Position numbers and translations under genes: made by a program
NCBI GenBank assembly: GCA_965232835.1
Contig: OZ247426.1
Location: forward strand, 229,671-293,670
Source of the DNA: Dehalococcoidia bacterium
GTDB taxonomy: Bacteria; Chloroflexota; Dehalococcoidia; Lucifugimonadales; UBA3495
Reading direction: 5' to 3'
DNA: 64,000 nucleotides
The notes under the pieces: generated by a model
Told to the model about the DNA's origin: nothing
The model's database searches: none
The model's input: the letters and a program-made list of their open reading frames with translations, nothing else
Shown here: in pieces, positions 1-9,392 of the stretch
How the letters are laid out: each line of letters begins with the position of its first letter
Position numbering within the stretch: position 1 is the first letter of the stretch

Positions 1-2
1 CG

Positions 3-326
3 ATGTCGGCCGCCTGCAACCCGTACCTGGCCTTTGGAGCCTACCTTTCCGCCGGGCTGGACGGCATCCGGCGCCAACTGGACCCGGGCGAGCCGCACCT
101 CGGCAACCTCTACGACCTGGGCCTGGAAGAGATACGCCGCCGCGGTGTTCGTATGCTCCCCCAGTCGCTGGCGGAATCGCTGGCAGAACTCAAGGCGGAC
201 TCGGTGGTCCGGGACTCCCTGGGCGTGATTTACGACGAGTTTGTGGAGCAGAAAGAGGCGGAGTGGCGGGAGTACCACCGGCAGGTGACACCGTGGGAAA
301 TCGAGCGCTACCTGACCCTGTTTTAG
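3..326 (+). CDS. Glutamine synthetase-family protein, C-terminal fragment (runs off the left edge); possibly gamma-glutamylmethylamide synthetase
   Basis: CNPYLAFGAYLSAGLDGI ... LPQSLAESL ... EWREYHRQVTPWEIERYL is typical of the GlnA-like C-terminus. Lies directly upstream of soxD. Confidence 0.85.
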   Translation: MSAACNPYLAFGAYLSAGLDGIRRQLDPGEPHLGNLYDLGLEEIRRRGVRMLPQSLAESLAELKADSVVRDSLGVIYDEFVEQKEAEWREYHRQVTPWEIERYLTLF

Positions 327-343
327 GGTAAGCCGACGCCGGA

Positions 344-619
344 ATGTCTTTTCTCCTGAACTGCCCCAACTGCGGGGAACGCAGCGTCAACGAGTTCCGC
401 TTCGGCGGGGAGATCGTTTCCCGTCCCTCCCCGGGTGCATCATCGGACGAGTGGAGCAATTACTTCTTTATGCGTCCCAATGTGGCCGGAATCCAGCGGG
501 AATGGTGGAACCACAGGTTCGGGTGTCGTCGCTGGTTCCACGCCCTCAGGGACACCACGAGCAACGCGGTGCAGACGACCTTCTGGCCCGGCGAGCAGCC
601 GCCCGAGATAGCTAGCTGA
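344..619 (+). CDS. soxD: Sarcosine oxidase/N-methylglutamate dehydrogenase delta subunit
   Basis: CPNCGER..EFRFGGE, EWWNH..GC..WF..RDT Zn-binding pattern. Confidence 0.92.
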   Translation: MSFLLNCPNCGERSVNEFRFGGEIVSRPSPGASSDEWSNYFFMRPNVAGIQREWWNHRFGCRRWFHALRDTTSNAVQTTFWPGEQPPEIAS

Positions 620-663
620 CACCCCCACACCGGAACCAGACCCGAGGTTGGGATACACACCCT

Positions 664-3498
664 ATGGAAAACCGCAGCAACTCTCGACTCAAAGCCCAAC
701 CCGGGGAGCAGATTGACCGCTCAACGACACTGGAGTTCGAATTCGACGGGCGCGTCGTCAGTGGGTTCAAGGGCGACACCATAGCATCGGCCCTGTTTGC
801 GAGCGGCCAGAGGGTGTTCAGTCGCAGTTTCAAATACCACCGCCCTCGGGGACTTCTCTGCTGTTCCGGGAACTGCCCCAACTGCCTTGTGACTGTGGGC
901 GACGAACCCAACGTTCGCTCCTGTGCCCGGCAGTTGGAGCCAGGGCTGAAGGTGGAGAGCCAGAACGCCTGGCCCTCATTGCGCTTCGACCTCCTCTCCA
1001 TCCTGGACCGGATGCACTGGTTGATGCCCGTTGGGTTCTACTACAAGGCCATGCACCGGCCCAAGGCCCTGTGGCTCCTGGCCAGGCAGCTCATCAGACG
1101 CGTCGGTGGCCTCGGCAGCATCGACATCAATGCCACCCATGACCACCACTACAGCAGCGTGAACAAACACGCCGACGTGGTCGTGGTCGGAGGCGGGCCC
1201 GCTGGAATGGCGGCCGCCCTGTCAGCCGCAAACGAGGGTGCAAGTGTGGTGCTGATCGACGATCAGCCGGCCCTGGGAGGGCATCTGCGGTACAGCGGGC
1301 AGTTGGTGCATGACACGGTTGACGCTGAACCCAGGCCAGCCGCGGAGGCGGCCCGTTCCGTGGCCGAAGCGATCTCACAGGCTCCGAACGTCGAAGTCCT
1401 GAATGACGCGACCGCATTTGGCCTCTACCAGGACAGGCTGGTGGCCGTTCTGACCAAGGACGGTGTGGTTCGAATAAGAGGCCGGCAGGTCGTGCTGGCC
1501 ACCGGGGTGCAGGAAACTCCGCTTCTGTTCGAGAACAATGACCTTCCAGGTGTCATGCTCAGTTCCGCTGCTCGCAGACTGGTTGCGCTCTACGGGACGC
1601 GTCCGGGGCGCCGAACGGTGATCGCCACCGAGACCGCGGACGGCTATCAGGCCGCCCTGGAGCTACACGACGCTGGTGTGCAGGTGGCCGCCGTTGTCGA
1701 TTCCTCTGACAACGCTCCGGAGGGAAGTGCGGCGGCACTACGCGAGAGAGGAATCACGATCCTGTACGGACACCGGGTAATCAGGGCCATCGGTCGAGGA
1801 CGAATCAAGGCGGCCGTGGTCGCTCCGGTCGATGGAGCGGGCTCGGGATCCGCACAGAGGATTCGCTGCGACTTGCTTTGCATGTCAGGCAGCGCCCAAC
1901 CCGTAGATGCCCTCCTGCACCAGATGGGCGCCACCCAGAGAGGAGTGTCACTGGCAGGACAGGTGAACGGCGCCAGCGCTCTCTCGGAGGTCGTCGATCA
2001 GGGCAACGAGGCCGGACGGAGGGCCGTGTCCACCTCGACAGCTGCATCTGACAGCTTCGCCTTCGGAGAGGAGGACCTGGCGACGTCAATCCGGTTGCCG
2101 GCCGGAGGAGGGGAGCGGACCTACGTCTGCTTCTGCGAGGATGTATCGGCGCATGACGTGGAACAGGCCATCGACGAGGGCTTCGCCGACGTCCAGACTC
2201 TCAAGCGGTACACCACCGTTACCATGGGCCCCTGCCAGGGCAAGATGTGCGGCAGAGCGCTGGCAAGCATGTGCGCGTCCCGAAACGGCTCGTCCGATGG
2301 GGTGCGCGACACTTACACCACCTTCCGCCCGCCTTACCAACCCGTTACCCTGGCAGCCCTGGCGGGACGGGAGTTGATGCCCTTCAAGCGCACTCCCCTG
2401 GACCGGGTCCACCGCGAGCTTGGCGCCAGGATGGTCGAGTCGGGGCCATGGCTTCGGCCCCACAGGTATGGCTCGCCTGCTGACGAGTGTGTTGCGGTGC
2501 GCGAGAGGGTCGGCATCATCGACGTCGGCACGCTGGGCAAGCTGGAGGTCCTGGGCAGCGATGCGGGTCAACTGCTGGACCGCCTGTACACGCACAGGTT
2601 CTCCGACCTCCCCATCGGACGAATACGCTACGGTCTGATGACCTCCGACAACGGCGTCATCATGGATGATGGCACTGTCGCAAGGCTTGGCGAGGAGCGC
2701 TATTTCGTTACCACCACCTCCGGGAACGCCGACGTTATCGAGGAATGGTTCAACTGGTGGAACGCCGGCGCCGGGAACAACGCCCACGTCATCAACGTCA
2801 CGGCCGCATACGGCGCGGTGAACGTGGCTGGCCCTCGATCGCGCGAGACGCTGGCCAAGCTCACTGACATCGATCTATCACCAAGGGCGTTCCGCTACAT
2901 GCGCTCGGCCCAAGGCGAAGTGGCCGGTGTGCCCTGCCTGTTGCTCCGCATCGGTTTCGTGGGCGAGGCGGGGTGGGAGGTCCACTTTCCCGCCGAGTAT
3001 GGCCTGCACATGTGGCACGCGATAATGGATGCGGGCAGGGAGTTCGAAATCTCTCCGTTTGGGCTGGAGGCTCAGCGTATCCTTCGCCTGGAAAAGGGAC
3101 ACGTCATCGTCGGCCAGGACACCGACGCCATCTCCACGCCGATGGACGTGGGGTCAGACTGGGCCGTCCGATTCGACAAGCCCGACTTTATCGGCCGAGG
3201 TGGGCTTGCTGTCGCCGCCGAACGCGGGCTGCAGCAGCGCCTGGTGGGATTCGTCATGCCCGGAACATCCTTTCCGGAGGACGGAACGCCTGTACTGTCC
3301 GGCGCGAGGCCCGTCGGCAGGGTGACCAGCGCGCGCCTCAGCCCGACCCTGGGACTCGGCTTTGGCCTGGCCTTTGTGCCGCCTTACCTGGCTGTGGAGG
3401 GTGAGACCATCCAGGTGCTGGTGGCCGACCATCCAGTGTCCGCCCGGGTGACACTTGAGCCCGTCTACGACCCTGAGGGTCTGAGATTGCGGAGCTGA
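664..3498 (+). CDS. soxA: Sarcosine oxidase alpha-like subunit (2Fe-2S, FAD/NAD-binding, GcvT domains)
   Basis: GDTIASAL, SRSFKYHRPRG, GGGPAGMAAA, C.CEDV...GPCQGKMC, and a GcvT C-terminal half (DVGTLGKLEV, RILRLEKGH). Confidence 0.92.
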   Translation: MENRSNSRLKAQPGEQIDRSTTLEFEFDGRVVSGFKGDTIASALFASGQRVFSRSFKYHRPRGLLCCSGNCPNCLVTVGDEPNVRSCARQLEPGLKVESQNAWPSLRFDLLSILDRMHWLMPVGFYYKAMHRPKALWLLARQLIRRVGGLGSIDINATHDHHYSSVNKHADVVVVGGGPAGMAAALSAANEGASVVLIDDQPALGGHLRYSGQLVHDTVDAEPRPAAEAARSVAEAISQAPNVEVLNDATAFGLYQDRLVAVLTKDGVVRIRGRQVVLATGVQETPLLFENNDLPGVMLSSAARRLVALYGTRPGRRTVIATETADGYQAALELHDAGVQVAAVVDSSDNAPEGSAAALRERGITILYGHRVIRAIGRGRIKAAVVAPVDGAGSGSAQRIRCDLLCMSGSAQPVDALLHQMGATQRGVSLAGQVNGASALSEVVDQGNEAGRRAVSTSTAASDSFAFGEEDLATSIRLPAGGGERTYVCFCEDVSAHDVEQAIDEGFADVQTLKRYTTVTMGPCQGKMCGRALASMCASRNGSSDGVRDTYTTFRPPYQPVTLAALAGRELMPFKRTPLDRVHRELGARMVESGPWLRPHRYGSPADECVAVRERVGIIDVGTLGKLEVLGSDAGQLLDRLYTHRFSDLPIGRIRYGLMTSDNGVIMDDGTVARLGEERYFVTTTSGNADVIEEWFNWWNAGAGNNAHVINVTAAYGAVNVAGPRSRETLAKLTDIDLSPRAFRYMRSAQGEVAGVPCLLLRIGFVGEAGWEVHFPAEYGLHMWHAIMDAGREFEISPFGLEAQRILRLEKGHVIVGQDTDAISTPMDVGSDWAVRFDKPDFIGRGGLAVAAERGLQQRLVGFVMPGTSFPEDGTPVLSGARPVGRVTSARLSPTLGLGFGLAFVPPYLAVEGETIQVLVADHPVSARVTLEPVYDPEGLRLRS

Positions 3499-3506
3499 TT
3501 GCCCTG

Positions 3507-4217
3507 ATGAACACGACCCCTGAGCGTCGAACTGCCATGTACCACTCCCAGCTGGAAATGGGGGCCGTAATGGCCGACGCCGATGGCTGGCAGCTGCCGC
3601 TGCATTACGGGGATGCCGGTCGGGAATTGGTCTGGCTGCGAGAGACCGTGGGGGTCTCGGACGTGAGTCCCATAGGAAAGGTCAGGGTTGTAGGGAAAGA
3701 CGCCGCCTCGGCTGTCGCGTCGCTGGTTGCTGCTGCTACAGAGCAGCAAATTGGTACAGTCGCTGAGGGCGATTCTACCCTGGAGCGGGGTGGCAAATTG
3801 CTTTCGGTCCGGCTGGCGGGTGATGAGTTCCTGGTCCTGACCCCGGCCGGTGTGGGCGCGGCGGCCGCTGGCGCCCTGGGGTCCGTGGACGCTGCCTGCG
3901 CTTACGCCATCGACATAACCTCCGGGCTATGTGGCGTGGCCATCGTGGGGCCGCGCACACGGGAGTTGATGAGCCGCATCACCGATGTGAACACGTCGCC
4001 TGCTGCCCTCCCGGACCTGCACTGCGTCCAATCACGCTTCGCCGATGTGCAGGGCCTGCTGCTGCGCCGAGACGTCAACGGCATTGCCATGTACCAGCTC
4101 TACGCCGGGCGGGAATTCGGCGAATACCTCTGGGAGGCGCCGGTTGAAGTTGCCAGGGAACTCGGCGGGGGCCCTGCAGGCACCCAAGCCCTCCTGGGCC
4201 TTCGGGAAACGGATTAA
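3507..4217 (+). CDS. soxG: Sarcosine oxidase gamma-like / aminomethyltransferase-fold subunit
   Basis: GWQLPLHYG, VSDVSPIGKVRV GcvT-like N-terminal fold; operon position. Confidence 0.75.
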   Translation: MNTTPERRTAMYHSQLEMGAVMADADGWQLPLHYGDAGRELVWLRETVGVSDVSPIGKVRVVGKDAASAVASLVAAATEQQIGTVAEGDSTLERGGKLLSVRLAGDEFLVLTPAGVGAAAAGALGSVDAACAYAIDITSGLCGVAIVGPRTRELMSRITDVNTSPAALPDLHCVQSRFADVQGLLLRRDVNGIAMYQLYAGREFGEYLWEAPVEVARELGGGPAGTQALLGLRETD

Positions 4218-4681
4218 ACGCCGAGAACGCAGAGGGCGCAGAGATTTCTTGGGGTTAAGTCGAATTTGACAAGCCAGGCAAAATTAGACGCAATTTCGCG
4301 TTCGATCATTGGAGCTGCAATCGAAGTCCATAAGGCCTTGGGGCCAGGTCTCTTGGAAGCTGCTTATGAATCGTGTCTGGCGTTTGAGCTAGCCGAGCGA
4401 GGCCATTTTGTGGAAAGACAAAAGGCGGTTCCCGTCGAGTACAAGTCGGTTCGTGTGGAGGCAGGGTTTCGTATTGATCTATTAGTCGATGAGAAGATCA
4501 TAGTCGAACTTAAAGCCGTAGAATCCATTTTGCCGGTGCATAGGGCTCAGCTAATGACCTATCTTAGACTGACCGGATTGAGAGTTGGCCTCCTTTTGAA
4601 CTTCAATGTCAATATACTCAAACAGGGCTTGCAAAGGGTTGTTAACCAATTCTGAAAATCTCGGCGCTCTCGGCGTTTAAT
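4213..4681. mobile_element. Putative small mobile cassette: GxxExxY gene bounded by terminal inverted repeats built from 9-bp units
   Basis: ATTAAACGCCGAGA (4213-4226) is the exact reverse complement of TCTCGGCGTTTAAT (4668-4681). Inner units CGC(C/A)GAGNN occur 3 times on the left and twice, inverted, on the right. Confidence 0.55.
4266..4655 (+). CDS. GxxExxY protein (PD-(D/E)XK nuclease-like fold)
   Basis: LGPGLLEAAY motif, RIDLLVDEKIIVELKAVE, QLMTYLRLTGLRVGLLLNF; visibly AT-richer than the flanking genes; TTG start. Confidence 0.93.
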   Translation: MTSQAKLDAISRSIIGAAIEVHKALGPGLLEAAYESCLAFELAERGHFVERQKAVPVEYKSVRVEAGFRIDLLVDEKIIVELKAVESILPVHRAQLMTYLRLTGLRVGLLLNFNVNILKQGLQRVVNQF

Positions 4682-4698
4682 TCCTTCTGGAGATTGTA

Positions 4699-5916
4699 TT
4701 GTTTCAGATTTTTCGGAAGAACCGCATGTGGCAGTCCCGCCCTCTTAAGGACCACTACCGCGTCGTTATCATTGGCGGCGGGGTGCATGGGCTTTCCACG
4801 GCCTATTACCTGACCAAGCTGGGCGTCAAGGACATCGCAGTCCTCGACAGGGGATACCTTGGCGGCGGGGCCAGCGCACGCACCACGGCCATCATTCGCT
4901 CCAATTACCTCACCCTCGAGGGCATCCCCTTCTTTGACGAAAGCGTGAAGCTCTACGAGGGCCTGGCGAAAGAGCTGAACTTCAACATGCTTTTCAACCA
5001 GATGGGGCGGCTGGACCTAGGCCACACCGATGCCGCCCTGTACGCGCTCCGCATGCGCACCGAATTCAACCGCATACTGGGCGTTGACAGCCGGATGGTC
5101 GGGCCTCAGGAAATCAAGCAGCTTGTCCCGTCCATGAGCCTGCGGGAGGGACTGCCATTCCCCATCCTGGGAGCCCTGTACCATCCTCCCTGCGGCGTGA
5201 TACGGCATGACGCTGTGGTCTGGGGGTTCGGGCGCGCCGCAGACCGTGGTGGCGCTGAGTTGCATCCGTTCACCGAGGTAACCGCCATCGACACTGCCAA
5301 CGGACGGGTCAGCGGCGTGGAGACAAGCAGAGGCTTCGTGGGTGCTGACGTGGTGCTGAGCGCCACCGCCGGCTGGAGCAGCGAAGTGGCCCGGCTCGCC
5401 GGTGTAGAGCTGCCCATAACGACCCACCCGCTGCAGGCCATGGTTACCGAGCCGCTGAAACCATTCCTTGACAAGACGATCTCATCGGCGAACCTGCACG
5501 CCTACGTCTACCAGACCGACCGCGGCGAGGTCGTAATCGGCGGCGGGGTTGACCCATACCCGTCATACAGCATGCGTTCGGCGCTGCTGCCCATGGAGCA
5601 GCTGGCAGGGCACGCCCTGGAGATGTTCCCCTGCCTGTCCCAGGTGAAGGTGTTGCGGCAGTGGGCCGGGCTCTGCGATATGACCCCTGACTACGCGCCG
5701 ATAATGGGCCCGGTGGACGGGCTGGACGGGTTCATAGTCTCCTGCGGCTGGGGCAGTTGGGGATTCAAAGCAGCACCCGCAGCCGGCAAAAACATCGCTC
5801 AGTTGATCGCGACGGGAGAGACCCCCGACCTGATCAAACCCTTCCGGCTGTCCCGGTTCCGTGAGGGCAAGCTGGTCAACGAACGCGCCGCCGCCCCCGC
5901 CGCCGCTATCCACTGA
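4699..5916 (+). CDS. soxB: Sarcosine oxidase beta / N-methylglutamate dehydrogenase FAD subunit
   Basis: IIGGGVHGLSTAYYL, RTTAIIRSNY, GVIRHDAVVWG, QWAGLCDMTPDYAPIMG. Confidence 0.9.
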   Translation: MFQIFRKNRMWQSRPLKDHYRVVIIGGGVHGLSTAYYLTKLGVKDIAVLDRGYLGGGASARTTAIIRSNYLTLEGIPFFDESVKLYEGLAKELNFNMLFNQMGRLDLGHTDAALYALRMRTEFNRILGVDSRMVGPQEIKQLVPSMSLREGLPFPILGALYHPPCGVIRHDAVVWGFGRAADRGGAELHPFTEVTAIDTANGRVSGVETSRGFVGADVVLSATAGWSSEVARLAGVELPITTHPLQAMVTEPLKPFLDKTISSANLHAYVYQTDRGEVVIGGGVDPYPSYSMRSALLPMEQLAGHALEMFPCLSQVKVLRQWAGLCDMTPDYAPIMGPVDGLDGFIVSCGWGSWGFKAAPAAGKNIAQLIATGETPDLIKPFRLSRFREGKLVNERAAAPAAAIH

Positions 5917-5964
5917 AGCGTTGCCTTCAGAGATCAGTGTCCTGTTGAGCCGCTTCACCGAATT

Positions 5965-5993
5965 CCCTCTCCTTTGGGGGAGAGGGTGAGGGT
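5965..5993. repeat. CCCTCTCC-loop-GGAGAGGG hairpin (REP-like or terminator-like)
   Basis: CCCTCTCC tttggg GGAGAGGG tgagggt, in the intergenic space after soxB. Confidence 0.45.
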
Positions 5994-6045
5994 GGAATCA
6001 TAGGGGCGAATTCCCCGTTCCCAAACCCAAGACCGGAGGCCCACC

Positions 6046-7449
6046 ATGACCGAGGAAATCATTTACGCCGATGCTGGCACCCTGGCCCGGCGAATCCGCG
6101 ACCGGGAGCTTTCGCCGGTTGAGGTGGTGCAGGCGCATCTCGACCGAATCGAGACAGTTAACCCACAGCTCAATGCGCTCATCGCCTTTCCCGATGGGGT
6201 TATGGAGCGGGCGCGGGAGGCGGAATCAGCAGCAGCGCGCGGCGAGTTCTGGGGGCCGTTGCATGGAGTCCCATTCACCGTCAAGGACTGCGTGGACACC
6301 GAGGGCGTAGTAACGACGCGGGGGTCGAAGCTGTTCGAGGACCACGTGCCTGAGGCCGATGCCACCGTGGTCAAGCGACTGAAGGACGCGGGCGGAATTT
6401 TCATCGCCAAGTCCAACATGCCGGAGTTCGCCCTCTGGTGGGAGACAGACAACCTCGTCTACGGACGTACCGAGAACCCGTGGATGATCGGGCGCACTCC
6501 CGGCGGTTCCAGTGGCGGAGAGGCGGCCGCCGTCGCGTCTGGAATGTCGCCGCTGGGCATCGGCAGCGACGTGGGCGGATCAATCCGGGAACCCTCCAAC
6601 TATTGCGGCATCGTCGGCCTCAAGGCCACCCACGGGCGCATCCCCCTCACCGGCCACTGGCCCGAGACGTTGCTCCGGTTCATGCACGTCGGCCCCATCG
6701 TGCGCAGCGTGGGAGACGCGGCGTTGGCTCTGAGCCTCATGGCCGGGCCGGATGGCGTGGACCACTACGCATTGCCCGTTCCCATACCCGACGTATCCCA
6801 ATTTGCTTCGCCCGCCAGACTGCGGGTGGCGTGGTGTCCTGAGGGACCATTCGCCCCAGTAGACCGCCAGGTGCAGAACACGGTGGCCTCGGCTGCCACC
6901 GCCCTGGGTGAGCTTGGCTGCTCAGTCGAAGAGGTTGGCCTGGAGGGCTGGGAGAGTTGGCCCGGCCAGCAGATCTCCGCCCGCATATTCGCTGCTGAAG
7001 GCAACGTTTACCTCGACCCGATCATCGAGGGGCGCAAGGATTTGCTGGCTTTGTCGATGCAGCGCCGCCTGAACATTCCCGGCCCCGGTTACGACGAGTA
7101 CCTGGAGGCCATGGAGCATGTGGAGCAGTTGCGGGCCGCCTGCATCAAGTTGTTCCAGGACTACGATGTCCTGCTCCTGCCTTCCGGCCCCGTGGTTGCC
7201 CACCCCCACGACACGCGGCGCCACGAGGTCGGCGGCGACACCGCTCCGGCTCGCCACGCGCTGACCTGCACTGTGCCGTTCGACCTGACCGGGTCTCCGG
7301 CGCTCTCCGTGCCCTTCGGATCCAGCAGCGAGGGCCTGCCCATCGGCGTGCAGATCGTGGGACGCCATTACGAGGAGGCCACGGTCCTGCGTGCCGGAGC
7401 CGCGCTGGAGGAGTTGCACCGCCCCCGCCGCGGCCGTCCGCCGCTGTAA
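6046..7449 (+). CDS. Amidase signature family enzyme
   Basis: GVPFTVKD, PGGSSGGEAAAVA, GSDVGGSIREP (Lys-Ser-Ser triad). Confidence 0.93.
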   Translation: MTEEIIYADAGTLARRIRDRELSPVEVVQAHLDRIETVNPQLNALIAFPDGVMERAREAESAAARGEFWGPLHGVPFTVKDCVDTEGVVTTRGSKLFEDHVPEADATVVKRLKDAGGIFIAKSNMPEFALWWETDNLVYGRTENPWMIGRTPGGSSGGEAAAVASGMSPLGIGSDVGGSIREPSNYCGIVGLKATHGRIPLTGHWPETLLRFMHVGPIVRSVGDAALALSLMAGPDGVDHYALPVPIPDVSQFASPARLRVAWCPEGPFAPVDRQVQNTVASAATALGELGCSVEEVGLEGWESWPGQQISARIFAAEGNVYLDPIIEGRKDLLALSMQRRLNIPGPGYDEYLEAMEHVEQLRAACIKLFQDYDVLLLPSGPVVAHPHDTRRHEVGGDTAPARHALTCTVPFDLTGSPALSVPFGSSSEGLPIGVQIVGRHYEEATVLRAGAALEELHRPRRGRPPL

Positions 7450-7538
7450 CACGGGTTTTGCGAAGTATCCACTGCTGGGCTGTGGTAAACTTCGGCGCAT
7501 CAAATGATACAAATTACGAAATATGTGGAGGAATGGGA

Positions 7539-9218
7539 ATGCCTGAATACGACCTCGTAATCCGTGGCGGCACCGTAATCGACGGCACCGGTATCCCCCG
7601 CGTTCGCGCCGACCTTGCCATCAAGGATGGCCGCGTGGCCATGATCAGTGGACGCATCCACGGCGGCGGAGCAAAAGAACTGGATGCCAGCGGCTGCATC
7701 GTCGCCCCGGGCGCCATTGACCTGCACACCCACTACGACGCCCAGCTCAACTGGGACCCGTATGCGTCGCTGTCCGGCCAGTTCGGCGTAACCTCGCTGA
7801 CCGTTGGCCAGTGCGGCTTTGGATTCGCGCCGACCCGCCCCGAAGACCGCGACCTTAACATGCGGATGATGAATCGCATCGAGGCCATCCCACTGGAATC
7901 CATGCGGCAGGGGATGCGCTGGGACTGGGAGACCTTCCCTCAGTACATGGATAGCCTCGACCGGCAGGGCCTCGGCGTCAACGTGGGCTGCGTGGTTCCA
8001 TTCTCCCCTCTACGCGGCTACGTGCTGGGGATGATCCCGGCCCGCGAGCGCACCTCGGTGACGGAAGCCGAGCTCAACCAGATGAAAACGATCCTCCACG
8101 AAGCCATGGAAGCCGGTGCGTTTGGCCTGTCAGCCGACAAGAATCTCGAGGACAGGCCCGAGGACGGCAGCTGGCTTCCCAGCCATGTGGCGTCCAAGGA
8201 GGAATTCCTGGCCCTCTCGCAGGTTCTGGGGCAGTTTGGCGTTGGTCACTTGGGTTGGACCATCGGGATTTCCGATGACCAAGCCGGACAGCGGGACATG
8301 CTGGCCGAGATGGTCCGGATGAGCGGCCGCCCGCTGCATGTGGCCTTGGGGAGCGACCCAGACAGCTACAATTGGCTGAATGCGATGCGCAACGAGGGGT
8401 TGCCGGTAGTCTCCCAGGAGCTGGCGGTCCCGCTGGTCTCGGAGTTCAAACTGTCTGAGTACAACCTGTTCGACTATATGCCCAGCTGGGTGCAGCCGCT
8501 GGTTGGCACCAAGGAAGAACGGGTGGCCAAGCTGTCTGAAGATGGTGTACGAGTTGGCATGAAGCGCGACGTGATCGAGCGTCCTCACCCGCGTACCGAC
8601 TGGAATCAGGTGCAGGTTGTTGAGGTCGCTCACGAACGCAACCTCAAGTACGAGGGGCTGAGTATTGCTGACATTGCCCAGGCAGAGGGCAAGGACGGTC
8701 TGGATGTATTCCTCGACCTGGCTCTGGACGAAGACCTGGAGACCGAATTCGCCCACCCCGCCGGTGCCACGCCCATGGACCAGATGGGGCAGGCCATCTC
8801 CAACGAATACGCCCACATCTCCGTGTCTGACGGCGGTGCCCACACCCGGTTCCTGGTCAACAGCATCTGGCCGGTCTACTTCCTGGCCCACTGGATCAGG
8901 GAGGAGAACCTGATGAGCCTGGAGCGGGCCCATCAGAAGATGAGCGCGCTCCCCGCCTGGTTCTCCGACATGAAGAATCGCGGCACCCTGCGGGTGGGCG
9001 ACTTCGCCGATGTCATGGTCTACAACATGGATGAGCTGGGCCTGCTCTATGACAAGCCCCAGTTCGCCACTGATTTCCCCGGAGGCGAAAAGCGCCTGGT
9101 CCAGATGCCCACCGGCATCCGCTACATCCTGGTCAACGGCACCGTGACGTTCCAGGAGAACGAATGCACCAACGCCCTGCCCGGCAAGCTGCTGCGCAGC
9201 TACGATCAGGTCGGTTAG
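7539..9218 (+). CDS. N-acyl-D-amino-acid deacylase family amidohydrolase (paralog 1)
   Basis: LVIRGGTVIDGTG, IDLHTHYDAQ, SVSDGGAH; start placed at ATG 7539 after GGAGG (7527-7531). Confidence 0.88.
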   Translation: MPEYDLVIRGGTVIDGTGIPRVRADLAIKDGRVAMISGRIHGGGAKELDASGCIVAPGAIDLHTHYDAQLNWDPYASLSGQFGVTSLTVGQCGFGFAPTRPEDRDLNMRMMNRIEAIPLESMRQGMRWDWETFPQYMDSLDRQGLGVNVGCVVPFSPLRGYVLGMIPARERTSVTEAELNQMKTILHEAMEAGAFGLSADKNLEDRPEDGSWLPSHVASKEEFLALSQVLGQFGVGHLGWTIGISDDQAGQRDMLAEMVRMSGRPLHVALGSDPDSYNWLNAMRNEGLPVVSQELAVPLVSEFKLSEYNLFDYMPSWVQPLVGTKEERVAKLSEDGVRVGMKRDVIERPHPRTDWNQVQVVEVAHERNLKYEGLSIADIAQAEGKDGLDVFLDLALDEDLETEFAHPAGATPMDQMGQAISNEYAHISVSDGGAHTRFLVNSIWPVYFLAHWIREENLMSLERAHQKMSALPAWFSDMKNRGTLRVGDFADVMVYNMDELGLLYDKPQFATDFPGGEKRLVQMPTGIRYILVNGTVTFQENECTNALPGKLLRSYDQVG

Positions 9219-9243
9219 GAGACCGGTAGACAATTGCGATTTC

Positions 9244-9267
9244 AGGGGCGCACCACGGTGCGCCCCT
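9244..9267. repeat. REP-like palindrome AGGGGCGCAC-cacg-GTGCGCCCCT
   Basis: Perfect 10-bp arms; related copies at 13597 and 38931. Confidence 0.6.
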
Positions 9268-9306
9268 TCGCATTTCGTAATGACTCGCCCTGTTCAACGC
9301 CGGAGT

Positions 9307-9335
9307 TTGACACCGGCATGCGGCCAGCCTAAACT
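9307..9335 (+). promoter_or_regulatory. Sigma70-type promoter for paralog 2
   Basis: TTGACA (9307-9312) - N17 - TAAACT (9330-9335). Confidence 0.6.
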
Positions 9336-9392
9336 GCCTTGAACCCCACAGTTTTGCTCAACTTACCTTTATTCATTCTGAAGGAGATTGGC

